A stretch of DNA of 64,000 bases, taken from Octopus sinensis. Lineage: Eukaryota. Shown in pieces: positions 50,254-63,210 of the stretch (position 1 is the first letter of the stretch; each line of letters opens with the position of its first letter). A model generated the notes under the pieces. It was not told where the DNA came from. It saw nothing but the letters and a program-made list of their open reading frames with translations, and made no database searches. The stretch is from contig NC_042997.1 of assembly GCF_006345805.1 (NCBI RefSeq), positions 166,532,001 through 166,596,000 on the forward strand, written 5' to 3'. The position numbers were made by a program, and so were the translations under genes.

Positions 50254-51790
50254 CGTTGCCCGGGAATGTAACTGTTCCTTATATATTGGAAGAAAAAAGC
50301 AAAATATGTTGTATAGAAATGTGTTATTCTAAATTTAATTTATTCTTCAATTGGGAAATCAATTCTGAATTCATAATACAACAAAAAAAAAAAATAGTAA
50401 TAATAAAAAGCAAAAATACAAAATTTACCACTTTTATGAAGGGAGATAAATTCTACCACATATGTTGAAGGAAATTACATAATCGCTTCTGGGTAAACAA
50501 GATTCTTTGTTTTCTGGTTTGGAGCATAGACAAATAAGTCTTACAAACTACCAACCCTGGAGCAACCAACATAACGTTGACCATGAGAAAAGCAAGGCTC
50601 AATTAGATGCAAGCCAGTGGATTTCAAAGTCTGACCTTAAGTTTTATTAATTGACATTGCGAAGCAAAGCCGCACTGGGGATTGCGTTTGTTTGAACTCA
50701 AATGGCATGTCTGCTGGTTTGATTGGAATTCTTGGAATGAAAATCTCTTTCCCAGAGGCATATCCAGTGATGATGGTAGCTTCTATCACATTAGGTGATA
50801 ATGTTTTACAATCAACCTTGTTCCATTGCATAACTTAGGAGGATCTAAATTTCTTAGAAGCATTATTAGGACTCCTATCTTCAGAAAAAAGTTCTTGAAG
50901 AATTTTAGGTTCAAGTTCATTAAAAAATGCAGCCAAGTTTGTGGTGTCATACTTTGTCTTTCTTGCTATGTTAAATAACTAATTTGACCGTTTATTTTTG
51001 GCAGTCCAGAGCAAGACTCTTGCAAACTTTTGCCTCCCATGGCCAAAGCTTGATCTTCAATTTCAATCTCTGCTTGGTTAAAAATGGCTTCAGTGAACTG
51101 AATAGTGATATCTGGGTTTACCTATTGTACTACGCACTTTAAGTTCTCAGCCATGTCCCCACGATGTTTCATTCAAAGCTGTAGAGGACTGCCAAGTTAA
51201 CACATGTTCAGTATAATTGCAAAACAATTATGGAGTTTCCTCGGAGAATCTAAAATTGATGCTTCAGTCAATGCAAGGTCCTAATGCTCATCATTTTCTA
51301 AAAAAACCTAGTTGATAGCATGCTTCCTTATACGTTTCACACATATGACCATTTACCCTCCTCGAATCTTGGAATGATTTGGGACCACGTACTTCCTGCA
51401 AAAGGAGCTGTAAGTAGTAGCATTCTGCTTGGCTTGGAGGAACACTGCAAACTCTTACACGAGCGTCGGCCCCGTGTTTCCTCTTGCGTCATTTATTGTT
51501 TCTCCAGGTGTAATACTTAAGTAATTGTGGGTAAAAGCGTTTTCTTGCATCTTCATCTACTTGACACGACTTAAAAAAGACAGTAAGCGTAGTATATTTT
51601 GGAAAAAGCGCTTGTTGCAAGGCTGTTTTTTTTTGTAACGATAATCCTGTGACCATTATCAAGGTGGACACTCAGATGGATGATGGCTAGGTGTCTCTCA
51701 TGAATGGGAAAATTGAAGATGCGCTAAAAAGCCTCATTGGTAATAATGCATCTTCCTGTGTCATACTGTGCATCCTAGTCATTTCTATTT
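50254..51790 (-). mobile_element. Degenerate autonomous Helitron (Rep/helicase) 3' part
   Basis: TTLTVFF..YYTW; LLRNLDPPKLCNGTR; PNVIEATIITG..FIPRIP..PFEFK..PVRLCFAMSINK; CFSHGQ.YVGCSRV; stop ~50475; half hairpin cccgggcaacg at 50254-50264. Confidence 0.9.
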
Positions 51791-53242
51791 ATCTGCTGAC
51801 TGCCGTTCTGCATAAGAGTGTATGCTGCAGTATCTAAACCTCTGTTTATATATTTACAAACATACTTAATATATTTGCAAACATACTTAATAACAGAGTT
51901 GCAGAATTCAACATTGTCTCTGGCTACTTGTGCTCATCTGTGCTTCACTGTAGAATACTGATCATCTTCATCTACCCCGACTCCCCTTGTAGAGAGTGCG
52001 AACATTGTTCTCGGAAAATTTCTTTGAAAATTAAAATGGGGATTAAATAAAAAAAAATGAGTTACGTGAAAATCTTCACAAGAGTGATTGAAATAAATGG
52101 CGATTGTGGAACGCCCCACGCATGCGCGCACACACATACACACACACGTATACACACGCAAACACACATATACATACAGTATCAAACATCAGATGAAATT
52201 GAAATGGACGTGTGAGAGAGATAGAGAGAAGGTGTGTTGTCATGCATATGTACATACATAAATAAATATGCATACATCTTTTTGTATGTATGTGAGCGTG
52301 TGTGTATGTGTATGAGAGAGATATAGATAAAGAGATAGAGATAGAGATAAAGAGAGGGAGAGAGGGAATTCCACTTAGACATCTCTCTCTCTCTCTCTTT
52401 ATGTCCCACACACGCACACATACATACAAAAAAGATGTATGCACATGTATTTATGTATGTACGTATACATGACAATAGACCCTTCACTCACTCTCTCTGT
52501 CTCTGTCTCCCACACATATATGTATACAAACGTACATACAAAAACACGCGTGTGCATGTGTGACTGACTACAAATACATAGAGCTGAACACAGCGCGCAA
52601 AAGGTAGATAAATAAAAAAATTACGGAAATTGACGAAGTGTGCATGTTCAAGGAAAAGAATGCCCATATTTTTTTGGACACCCCATGTTGAATTGCAAAA
52701 TTCTAACGTGATATTTGTGTGATAACGAAATCAAACCTGGAGTGTATGTGTGCTTATATTAGAGAAACAATGTGTGTGTAAGTGTATATCTGTGTGTGAG
52801 AGTAAGAGAGATAGAGTGAGAGAGAGAGAGAACATTACAAACAATGAATGAAATAAACCTGAAATGAAAAAAATCGTATAAATAAAAGTTCGTTAAAAAC
52901 TATCTTGTCCAAAATATTTAAATTTGTGAACTTAACAAATATTTCTGTCAGTAATTTATCGTAGTTGTTTGCAAATAGAAAATTAAAACTTGAAATGAAA
53001 ACGTTAAAACAGAGTGAGAGGTTTTGCAAATGAAAGCAGAAAATTTCGCTGTTGCTACGTCCATACCAGAATTTGACATTGAGTCATATATAGAAAACAA
53101 TATAATTTATTTTTAGTAAAAAAATAAACTGAAAACCCTCTTATGTATCCGAGGTCAAATTATTCATGTATGGAACCACTTCAAGCAGCCGTTTTCGCGT
53201 GTAAAGCGAACACACACACACACATACACACACACTCGCACG

Positions 53243-53274
<32 letters not shown>

Positions 53275-53411
53275 AACACACGCACTGGTCTATTTTATAT
53301 AAGAAGATATCTATCTATCAGACAGATAGATAGACAGATAGATAGATAGATAGATAGATAGATATCTTCTTACAGAAAATAGACCTGTGTGTGTGTATTC
53401 GCTTTTCACGA

Positions 53412-53445
<34 letters not shown>

Positions 53446-53477
53446 ATGTATGTGTGTGTGTGTGTGTGTGTGTGTTT

Positions 53478-53538
<61 letters not shown>

Positions 53539-53866
53539 ATAGATTCAGGCTTCAAATTCGAGTATCTAAATGAAATGAAATTGTTTCATTGTGCGGACCT
53601 CCAAAAATTAATTTCATTAAATTTGATTAACATGTGATTATCCAATTTCAATAACGAGGAAACGTTTGTTGGGAGACTTGGTGCTTTGCTTGCAAGATAG
53701 CGTCGTAATTATGGAAATATTTTGAAGACCAATTATGATATGAATATTCCAATGTTTATTTGTGCACTTCAATGCGTACCTATATAATTTCTGTGATTGC
53801 AGTGTGCAAAACATGAGTTAGTCATTGAAAAACACACAAAAGCCTTCAACTTCACTTAAACATTTA

Positions 53867-54400
53867 TCTACATATATAAAACTCAGTGTGTGTGTGTGTG
53901 TGTGTATAAACCCGCATAACTTCTGAAGTTCGCAACTGATTTTCTTCAAAGTGGGAACAAACATTTCTTATGTTCCAGAGTTGGTTTTAGACTCTTAAAA
54001 ATTTTCACATAATGAGTAATGGGGCCTCTGGGCTCAGAAAACTCCCTTTCCCTGGGGTAAGTACAATTAGTGTGGAGAAGGTATGTAACTCTTTGCGAAG
54101 TAACTTTTCTTAAAATTTGCTAAGATATTGATATTATTTACCTTTCTTTATTGATATTTCATTATTAACGTACAATTGTCATTTTAGTTTATTACGCTAT
54201 ATTTCTTGAGATAATGTCTCCAAAGAAGAGATTCTTCATTAGTCGAAAAACGGTGGTAGCAGAGAAATTGAAAAGAAGGAAAGAAACTGAATCGTCACAT
54301 GAGACTTCAATTAGACAATCACAAACTGCTACATGTACAGCTACTGCAAGAGCAATGGAAAACGATGAGCAGCGTAGTGTTCGCCTAGCCAAGAATGCTA
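53867..54400 (+). mobile_element. Helitron 5' end with the N-terminus of Rep/Hel
   Basis: A|TCTACATATATAAAA + (GT)n start; MSPKKRFFISRKT..ARAMENDEQRSVRL resembles Helitron N-termini. Confidence 0.6.
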
Positions 54401-55211
54401 CATTTAACAGCTTCAGCCAATCCCCCACCACTTACCATGTCATTTCTTTCATGTAGATTTCTCTCATGTGGTGCTGCTGAGCGCACCCACAGGCTTAATT
54501 TATTACATAGATGTATTTCCTACGTCTGCTGATTGTTCAGCGTGGTAGTGGCAGCGCCGACAGTTGCAAAGGAGAGTATATCCAATGAGATATTTTTGGT
54601 GCGTTCAAAAACCACATATCCCCCACCCACTTGGATGTGTTAATTCTCTGTTTTCCTCATATATATATATATAGCCAAAATTGTTATTTTCATTTCGGCT
54701 TTTGGACATATCTTCATCTATGGCTGTGAATGTTGGGTGATGACCGAAAGAGTACGATCACGAGTACAAGCGGCCGAAATGGGGTCCCATTGAAAGTCTC
54801 TATATTGACTTTACAATAGTATATGTAGTTTGGGGATCAGGGAGTCTCTCCAGGTTGAGCCTTTATTTCTCTGCATTCAGAAGCCATAACTTCAGCACTA
54901 CGGGAGTTTTTAGAATGTTGCAGAATGTTTTTAGAATCGCAAGACGGATTCTTTAAGCCGAGTCAACTGGCAAGAGACTGAGTGATTGACCAAGAACGAC
55001 ATGACTGGATAATATCCAGAGTTTCAGTTGGTTGCGTTAGGGAATCCAGTCAATAACTATCGGATAAGAATAATTTCCCTTTCTGCAATTGATATTTCAC
55101 TTCAAATAATTACCATAAAACTAATACTCCATATACATTATAAATACCGTATATATATATAATATATATATAATATATATATATATTATATATATATATA
55201 TATATAATATA

Positions 55212-55426
55212 TAGTTAATCCAAACATGAAAGCACAAAAAAACACAACAACGCGAGGACGTGGAAAAAATATAGTATTATTGGACGCTCAGGAAAGAAGG
55301 AAAGAAGGAGGGTTTAACGTTTCGAGCGGAGCTCTTCGTCGGAAACATAGGAGAAGGAAAGATCCAAAGAAGGGAAGACAGAGGGAAAAAAAATCGCCAA
55401 CGGTACACATGCGGTCACATTTTGAA
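55212..55426 (-). mobile_element. Family-P short repeat between (TA)n arrays; hammerhead core with U4C (55311-55347)
   Basis: Minus strand GUUU-CCGACGA-A-GAGC-UCC-GCUC-GAAAC-GUU-AAAC. Confidence 0.75.
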
Positions 55427-55428
55427 AT

Positions 55429-55483
<55 letters not shown>

Positions 55484-56160
55484 TAGCTGGTGTAACCGGT
55501 AATTCCCGGAGGTAAAGATGTTCTATTGAAACGTCTTATTACTCTGATATAAGGAAGCAATTTCATTATAACTGCCACAAAAGATGTATTTTTCGTCTCA
55601 AAAAAGTACAAAAACTGTCAACTGGAGAAGGGAGAGATTGATGGAGGTTGGCGTGAAAGGTTTTCGGAGTTTGGCGAGAAAGTACTCTTACTCGTCGTGG
55701 CATTTTAAAGGTGAACTTTATGAAGGCTAATTTATTAAAGATACTATATAAATGTAGTATATATGTATATAAATATATGAATAAAAAGTTTAATGTTTAA
55801 GAATGAAATGAAGAAAGCGTAATAATAACGTTCACACTCACTGATGGTCGCTCTCAGTAACTGTCTCTAGCCTACAGAATTCTTGTTTTTATAACTATTG
55901 AAAAGCAGCCAGAAGGATAAACATATTGTTGAGAACAAATCATTTCGTTGGATGTCTGTTATCTCCATTCCAGCCCCTGGTCGCCTAGAAGAGGTTAGAA
56001 GGGCCAAGTGGAAAAGATATGGGAAATGTATAACTGCTGTCATTCACAGAAAAAACTATTGTTTCAACTGAGAAAAGCTCTGTTGAAGTGTTAAGTGAAA
56101 TTTGGCAATCGAGGATCGAATCCACGCTATACCTGCATGAAGCCACTACAAATACGTTGT

Positions 56161-57269
56161 GAAATAAAAAAAATTATCTACTGTCATGGAAAAAGTGTAA
56201 CTGTAAAAATGCAGAATTATCGGAGTAATGGGCATTCAAAAACGTATGTATGTATAGAAATGTAGTCTATAGAATGCAGTGTTTAAGGTTTAAGATTCAA
56301 ATCAAGGAAGTGCAATAATAATGTTTAGCAGTTCAAAACTAGTAGTGAAATGCAGAATTAGGTCAGCTGATCGTGAGAATCAAATACTGATCGCTTCGCT
56401 AAAAACTGCAGGTGATATGGGTTATTTCCCTTGGGTAGTTTAAATAAAATATTAGTAATATGTAGTAGATAGAAAGATCCATTAGAGGGGCCCTATTATC
56501 GATTTTTTTCAACAATCTAAGTATGTCCCGAGGTTTCCAGACACGAGTTCTACTCTCGTGTCAGATAAAGTAAAAGAGTGATATTGCCTGAAAAAATTAG
56601 AAATTGGACATACAAAAATCAATATTCAAAGTAATCGAACATAAACAATGAAACCTGTAAAATGTTTCTAAATTCAATGGCTCAATTGGTTTCATGAAAA
56701 TGTGGTGTGGAAGTTTGGTTTCATTTTTTAAGAATTTTAAGCATTCAAAGTATGAGTTCATTGTATTGGCATACACTTATTAAATACATTCTGGAATAAA
56801 AAAAATTATGTAGTGTAATTGAAAAATTTTAACTGGAAAAATGCAGAATTATCAGAGTTGTGCGCATTGAAAGTGTACATGCATCAAGAAAGTGCAATAA
56901 TAAAGTTGAGCAGTTGAAAACTGTGAGTAGTGAAATGCAGAATTAGGTCCGCTGATCGTGAGAATTAAATATTGATCGTTTCGCTAAAAACTAACAACTG
57001 TAAATGAAGGAGCTATAGGTTATTTCCCTTCAGTGTTTAAAAAATATATTGTGCAGGTGCTATGGGTTATTTCCCTTGTGTGTTTAAAAAATGGCTGTGT
57101 TGTAAGTAACTTGCTTACCAACCACATGGGTCCGGGTTCAGTCCCACTGCATGGCACCTTGGATAAGTGTATTCTACTATAGCCTCGGGCTGACCAAAGC
57201 CTTGTGAGTGGATATGGTAGACGGACACTGAAAGAAGCCCATCGTATGTATATATATATATATGTGTGT

Positions 57270-57306
<37 letters not shown>

Positions 57307-57617
57307 GCGTGTGCGTGTGTGTCTGTGTATAAGTTTGTGTGTCGGTGTTTGTCCCCCACCATTGCTTGACAACCGATGGTGGTGTGTTTACGTCCCCGTA
57401 ACTTAGCGGTTCGGCAAAGAGACCAATAGAATAAGTAGTAGGCGGTCGATTTGTTTGATTAAAGGTGGTGCTCTAGCATAGCCACACTCAAATGACTGAA
57501 ACAAGTAAAAAAAATGAGGTTGATATAGAGATCCCTTCCATGGGGCCGTATTATCAATTTTTTCAACAATCTAAGTATGTCACGATGTTTCCAGACATGA
57601 GTTCTACTCACGTGTCT
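56161..57617. repeat. Diverged ~630-bp tandem duplication; second unit interrupted by a SINE
   Basis: Matching blocks at 56161/56794 and 56470-56560/57525-57617. Confidence 0.75.
57092..57512 (+). mobile_element. Family-B SINE
   Basis: Matches the family-B sequence. Confidence 0.9.
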
Positions 57618-58311
57618 AGTTTTATCAAAATCAATAAAACGACGTAGGAGGAGTCAGCTAACAACGCCACAAACAAACATACACCGATTTTCCACATATG
57701 TAGAATATATATATATATAGTATGTATGTATGTATGTATGTATGTATGTATGTATGTATGTATGTATGTATGTATGTATGTATGTATGTATGTATGTATG
57801 AATTGAAATGTTTTGTTTCCACCGTTATTAATAAGTTAGTATTTATGTAATTCATCTTCGTTAGTTATGGTGTGGCACAAGTTTAAAAAGTTTAAAATCA
57901 TATCAATTTTATTAAATTGCCAATTCGTCTGCTGCCCCACTACGAGAATCACTACCTTATGCAACTGCGTTAGTGATTAATAATAACAGGTACAGCAATT
58001 AAAATAAGCTTAGCAATTTATCACTCCCTGTACAACATGAGTGAATTCATTTAGGATCAATTACGACTAGGTAAATAACTTGAACTGACTTATTCTCATT
58101 AGTGGCTAATTAATTGCTGCTGCAATATGAAATAGAGACCATTCATGCCTTTTGTCGACTGAAGTATGTTTGTTTTGTCAGTAGAGAGTGTGATTGATGG
58201 AAGCGATAACTTGGTTGTTTATTTAAGAGTGAAATCACGTCACTGGTCGTTTGGTTTTATGATGTAAATTTCTTTTTATGAGACATGCATGACAACACAC
58301 AAATACGCTGT

Positions 58312-59005
58312 CATTCAGTCAGTCAGCCACTCACTCACTCATTCACTCACTCACTCACTCACTCACTCACTCACTCACTTATTTACTCACTCACCCATTC
58401 ACTCACTCACTCACTCACTCACAACTTCACTCACTCACACACTCACTCACTCACTCACTTATTTACTCACTCACCCATTCACTCACTCACTCACTCACTC
58501 ACTCACTCACTCACTCACTCACTCACTCACTCACTCACTCACTCACTCACTCACTCATTCACTCACTCACTCATTCACTCACTCACTCACTGATGGTCGC
58601 TCTCAGTAACTGTCTCACTCACTTACTCACTCATTCACTCACTCACTCTTACACAGACACACTCACGTGTTTTCGTTTACAAGAAAAAAAGTGAAGTATG
58701 TACTCAATCCACGATGCAGAGTTTATGTTTGTTTGGAATCAAAGAAGAATCCGTTCATTGTTATTCAGTTTCGGGTCACCCGTGTGATATCATTTGACTG
58801 GTTGTTCGTTGGTTTTTATAGTTCTTTTATGATGCCCGCAAGCAGGCGCACACATACACATGCACATACACACACATGCACACTCATTCACTCACTCACT
58901 CACTCACTTCACTCACTCACTCACTCACTCACTCACTCACTCACTCACTCACTCATCACTCACTCACTCACTCACTCACTCACTCACTCACTCACTCATC
59001 CACCC
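58312..59005. repeat. (TCAC)n arrays (58312-58650, 58885-59005) with an 80-bp higher-order duplication
   Basis: Variant block atttactcactcacccattc at 58381 and 58461. Confidence 0.9.
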
Positions 59006-59094
59006 ACTCACACAGACACACGCACACAAACACATACACATATAAACACATTCACTCGTTCACGCACAGAAAGACGTATATTTTTTATTTAGAA

Positions 59095-59407
59095 CTAGCA
59101 GTATCGCCCGGCGTTGCTCGGGTTTGTAAGGGAAATAACTATATAAGCATTTTTAGAGAGTTATAGCCAAAAAAATAGGAAAAAAATGCATTAAAATGGA
59201 AAAGAAATAAGGTAAATTCTTTTTTAAATCGTTGACACATCGTAGATATTTTTAGAGAGTTACTTCCCTTATATAATAGCGAAAAAATGCATTAAAATGG
59301 AAAAATATGATGGTAAATTTTTTGAAATCGTAGACTCATCGTAGACGCGCGCTAATACCCAGAAGGGCTCGATATGACTCACGACTATAAGATACCGGTT
59401 GGTTTTC
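59095..59407 (-). mobile_element. Non-autonomous Helitron H1, copy 3, 5' part missing
   Basis: Homologous to 45718-46030; similarity ends at a TTAA followed by piggyBac-like sequence. Confidence 0.85.
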
Positions 59408-59411
59408 TTAA

Positions 59412-60300
59412 CCCTTTCGTTACTATATTTCTGACCAAAATACACCCCTTATGTGTTTCAATTATTTTCTAACGTAATCATAAATTTAGTCTGGTTTCAT
59501 TAACAACTATAACTTTTTTATTATCAATATATTAATGTGATTTTTGGAAGATAATTTAATGAAATGTCCTCAACCAATTCTATACTATAATTTTTGTCAC
59601 AAAGTGACTCTAATTGCAGGTAGATACAGGTAAATTCAACAAAATATAAAATTATTAAAATTTTGTTCAAACATCGCTATAGAAAATGGGTTGTTAGCTA
59701 ATATTCAATTGAGTATACAACAAAATTTTACGATAGAATTTGTTATTCTGGGTAACTTTCTGATACCCATAATAATATTTATGGCAAAATAGGCCTTAAT
59801 TTCATTTAAGGTTGTGGGAAATAACAAACTATCCTTTCTTTCGTTTTGTTTACGTTTAGCGTAACGTTTCGTTTCTGCCGTAATGATTTCAAATGGGCTC
59901 ATTCGAAAAAGTAAATAGAAATAGTCTAAGGCTTTACTCTCCTGGGAAAGTCTGTGGCTTGGTGCAGTTTCTTCAGAAAAATCACCGAAAGAAACAGTTT
60001 TTAAATTTTCACTCCATTCAGGTACCAATTCATTTTCTTAATCGCTGTCGGATTCACTGTTTTCACTTTAATAGCTGCCAACTTGCAAAGACAAAGGAGG
60101 AGAAGGGTGATAGCGTCAGTGAAACAGTTCGTTCCCTTTGTGTGTGTGTGCGTTTGCGTGTGGTGTAAACCACATTAAGAAGAGCATTTGACATACACAC
60201 CAGAATGTGAGTTTTCTGTAAATTTTGCTTAATTGGAGTTTAAATTTTAAAAACTGGACCTGGCATGACCCGATGCATTCTACTCTTAAAAATGCTAGGT
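59412..60300 (-). mobile_element. piggyBac-derived element (N-terminal transposase fragment)
   Basis: TTAA|CCCTTTCG end; DYFYLLF..IITAETKRYA..TTLNEIKAYFAINIIMGIRKLP (PGBD-type); other end uncertain. Confidence 0.75.
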
Positions 60301-61028
60301 AAATTGTAATTGAAGAAATCCTATATTGTAGATTTCTATAACTTACAAAGGGAGGCAGATAAAATCTGCCTTTTATAATAAGAGATAACAAAAAAAGTGT
60401 ATTCGATTTATGATGCAGAGTTTATATTTGTTAGGAATCAATTGATGATTCCTTTATTACTCTTCAGAGTTTCGAGCCATGTGTGTTCACTAAGGCAAGA
60501 ATGAAACGAACTGGACGGAAAACCTGTATTGGGAAACACCGGTTAAACCAATTCTCATTCACCAATAAATCAAACTGAAAGACAATAATTTGTGTTGTTT
60601 TTAATTGTCGATATCTATATATATAATGATGAGTTTGTTCGTGTGTGTGTGTGTATGTATGTATGTGCATATGTATGTGTGTGTGTGTGTGGGCGTATGT
60701 TCCTTATGCATTCAAAAACTGAGTTGCCAATTTTGACGCGTGGGGTATGAAAAGATTCAGTAATCTTTCGGTTACCAAATAAACTTTATTTTCATTTACA
60801 TATTTTCTACGTTATCTCAACAACCAGTTTTAGTTATTTGGAAGACAATGCTCTACAACGACCAGGCTTCATTAGAGAGTGAAAATAGTTTTACACTTTC
60901 AATTTGAACCAGAATTACAAAGTGTTGCATTACGAGAGTGACGATGTGTGAATAAAGAAAGTAATGTTTCTCCTAATTAGTCACATCTGTACTATAATAA
61001 AGAAAGCTGCTTCCTATTTATCTATATA

Positions 61029-61200
61029 TTGGGTCATCCCATAAGTAATGCAGTTTTTTCAATTGCATGAACTAAAAGTCGGAGGAGGACGGGATAAACT
61101 ATCTGCTTCAACTTGCTATAAAAGCAGGTAGTAATTTTACCTTTGTCTTTATTCTTAGTGCAAGTTTTGAAGAGTGCAGTTAGATTTTAACATTATTATA
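61029..61200 (+). mobile_element. Mariner-like terminal fragment
   Basis: TA|TTGGGTCATCCCATAAGTAATGC resembles mariner TIRs. Confidence 0.45.
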
Positions 61201-61384
61201 TAAGAGAGAGAGAGAGAGCATGTGTGTGTGTGTGTGTGCTTGCGTATGTTATGTTCCTTATGCATTCCAAAACTGAACTGCCGATTTTGACGTATGACGT
61301 ATCAAAAGATTCAGCAATCTTCCGGCTACCAAATAAACTGGGTCATTATTATTATTATTATTATTCAGGTCTCTGCTTGGAATC

Positions 61385-62190
61385 GAACTCGGAATAATAG
61401 CCCGTGCTCTTAATCACTACGCCATATGCACGTGGGCAATTATGGAGTCAATTTTAGGGCTTATAAATCTAATATTTTTCTATCCTTCTTTAATACCGGT
61501 TCCCATATGCTGCTCATATCTGCACTCCGTCTGCTTAGGAGCTTGTTGTGTCCTAGCATATGTGCTGCTTCTTTTAGTTTTTGTACTTTCCAGTGGTGTT
61601 CTCTGTCTATTATTTTAACTTCATCCCACAGGGGGAGATGGTCTCCATTTTTCTATACATGATCAGCTATACCCGATTTATCAATATCTCCTCATGTCAC
61701 AGCTTTGCGATATTCGTCTACCCTTATTTTGAGGGGGCGGCATGTTTCCCATTTGTATAACCTACCACAGCTGCATGGGATGGAATACATGTAGTCTTTG
61801 GTTATATTCTCTTCTATTGGTGGTTTTACTCGAAGGAGATATTTGCGAAGTGTTGTATTACTTTTGAACACTGTCCTGATGTCATATGGGCCGCATATCT
61901 TTTGTAGCTTTTCGGAGAGGCCTTTTACATAGGGTAGACAGACTTTGGACAGTTTATTGGTTTCATCCTCTATTTTCTTCATAATTGGAGTGGATAGTAT
62001 GTTTTTGGGGTAATTGTTCTTAGTAGATTGCTATTGAGGTTGATCATTTCTTCGTGGTGTGTATCACGATCGCTACTTATATTCTTTGCACGATGTTTTG
62101 GGCACTGAGCAATCCCTCTCTTTACACTGTATGGATGGTGGGAATTGAAGTTGAGGTATCACGGTCAATCCTTGAAGGTAGTTGCACTTG
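61385..62190 (-). mobile_element. Penelope-like element 3' part (RT thumb + GIY-YIG endonuclease), degenerate
   Basis: YLNFNSHHPYSVKEGI; LPYVKGLSEKL; YSIPCSCGRLYKWETCRPLKIRVDEY (GIY-YIG); KLKEAAHM. Confidence 0.88.
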
Positions 62191-62479
62191 ATCCTTCTAC
62201 TACATACTTCTCTCATGGCCAACTCTCACGAGTTGGAAGCAGCAACAATTTACTCATTTCGACACCAACAAAAGATTACACAATGAACATTGTTTACCCT
62301 GAGGTACTTCAAGATTGACAGAAATTATTATGAGAATATATCTTTATATTTATTGTTTACTAATCCGAATGAGAACAGCAGTAACCCGGGCAAAGCCGCG
62401 TCATTCAGCTAGTACTTAATAAATATTTGAATGTCGGAGGCTGAAATCATATGTAACGATCATAGAAGAGATAATTAAT

Positions 62480-62660
62480 AATGGTTTCAAATTTTGGCAC
62501 AGAGCCAGCAATTTTGGGGGAGGGGATGAGTTGATTACATCAATCCAGCTGGTACTTATTTTATCGACCTCGAAAGGATGAAATGCAGAGTCGACCTGGG
62601 CAGAATTTGAAATCAGAACCTGAAGACGGACAAAATGCCGCTAAACATTTTACCCTGCTC
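62480..62660 (-). mobile_element. Family-A SINE, diverged
   Basis: Reverse complement of the family-A core. Confidence 0.7.
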
Positions 62661-63005
62661 AATATTCAATTTCACCCTATAGGTGAACATAGATACTGAG
62701 CGATGCATGAATCTTATAATGATCTATTCTGAACGTATCTTCAAGAGTTCAGCTTATGCCATATTCAAAAAGGTAAAGTTTTAAGGAGATTCATATATTC
62801 AATTTAATTTGATGATGTTATCAAATGTAATGATTTTAGAGGCAAAAAGTTACACATTTTCTGGATTATGCTAAATGTATTATAGAAAATTTTTTTAATC
62901 ATTTGGTTATTGACAAAAAAATTGGTATCTTTCTCCTTACAATTCAATCTTTTGCATTAATTTAATTATGTTTATGATGACAAATACGCTTTTTTTTTAG
63001 CATTC

Positions 63006-63210
63006 GGTGCAGACGTGACTGTGTGTTAAGAAGTTTGCTTCTTAACCACAAGGTTTTGGATGCAATTCTTACTACCTGGCACCTTGATGAAGTGTCTTTT
63101 ACCATAGGCTCAGGCCGATCAAAGCCTTGTGAGTGTATTTAGTTAATTGAAACTAAAGGAAGCCCGTCTTATGTGTGTTTATAATGGTGGCGCTGCAGCA
63201 TGGCGACGTC
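63006..63210 (+). mobile_element. Family-B SINE, diverged and deleted
   Basis: gtgactgtgtgttaagaag head; ggccgatcaaagccttgtgagtg core. Confidence 0.65.

Larger units (their letters stand above)
60614..62412 (+). mobile_element. Possible non-autonomous Helitron frame with nested mariner-end and PLE insertions
   Basis: A|TCTATATATATAA at 60614; cccgggcaaagccgcg hairpin + CTAG|T at 62409-62413; ~90-bp block repeated at 60697 and 61252. The pairing of the two ends is inferred. Confidence 0.35.
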
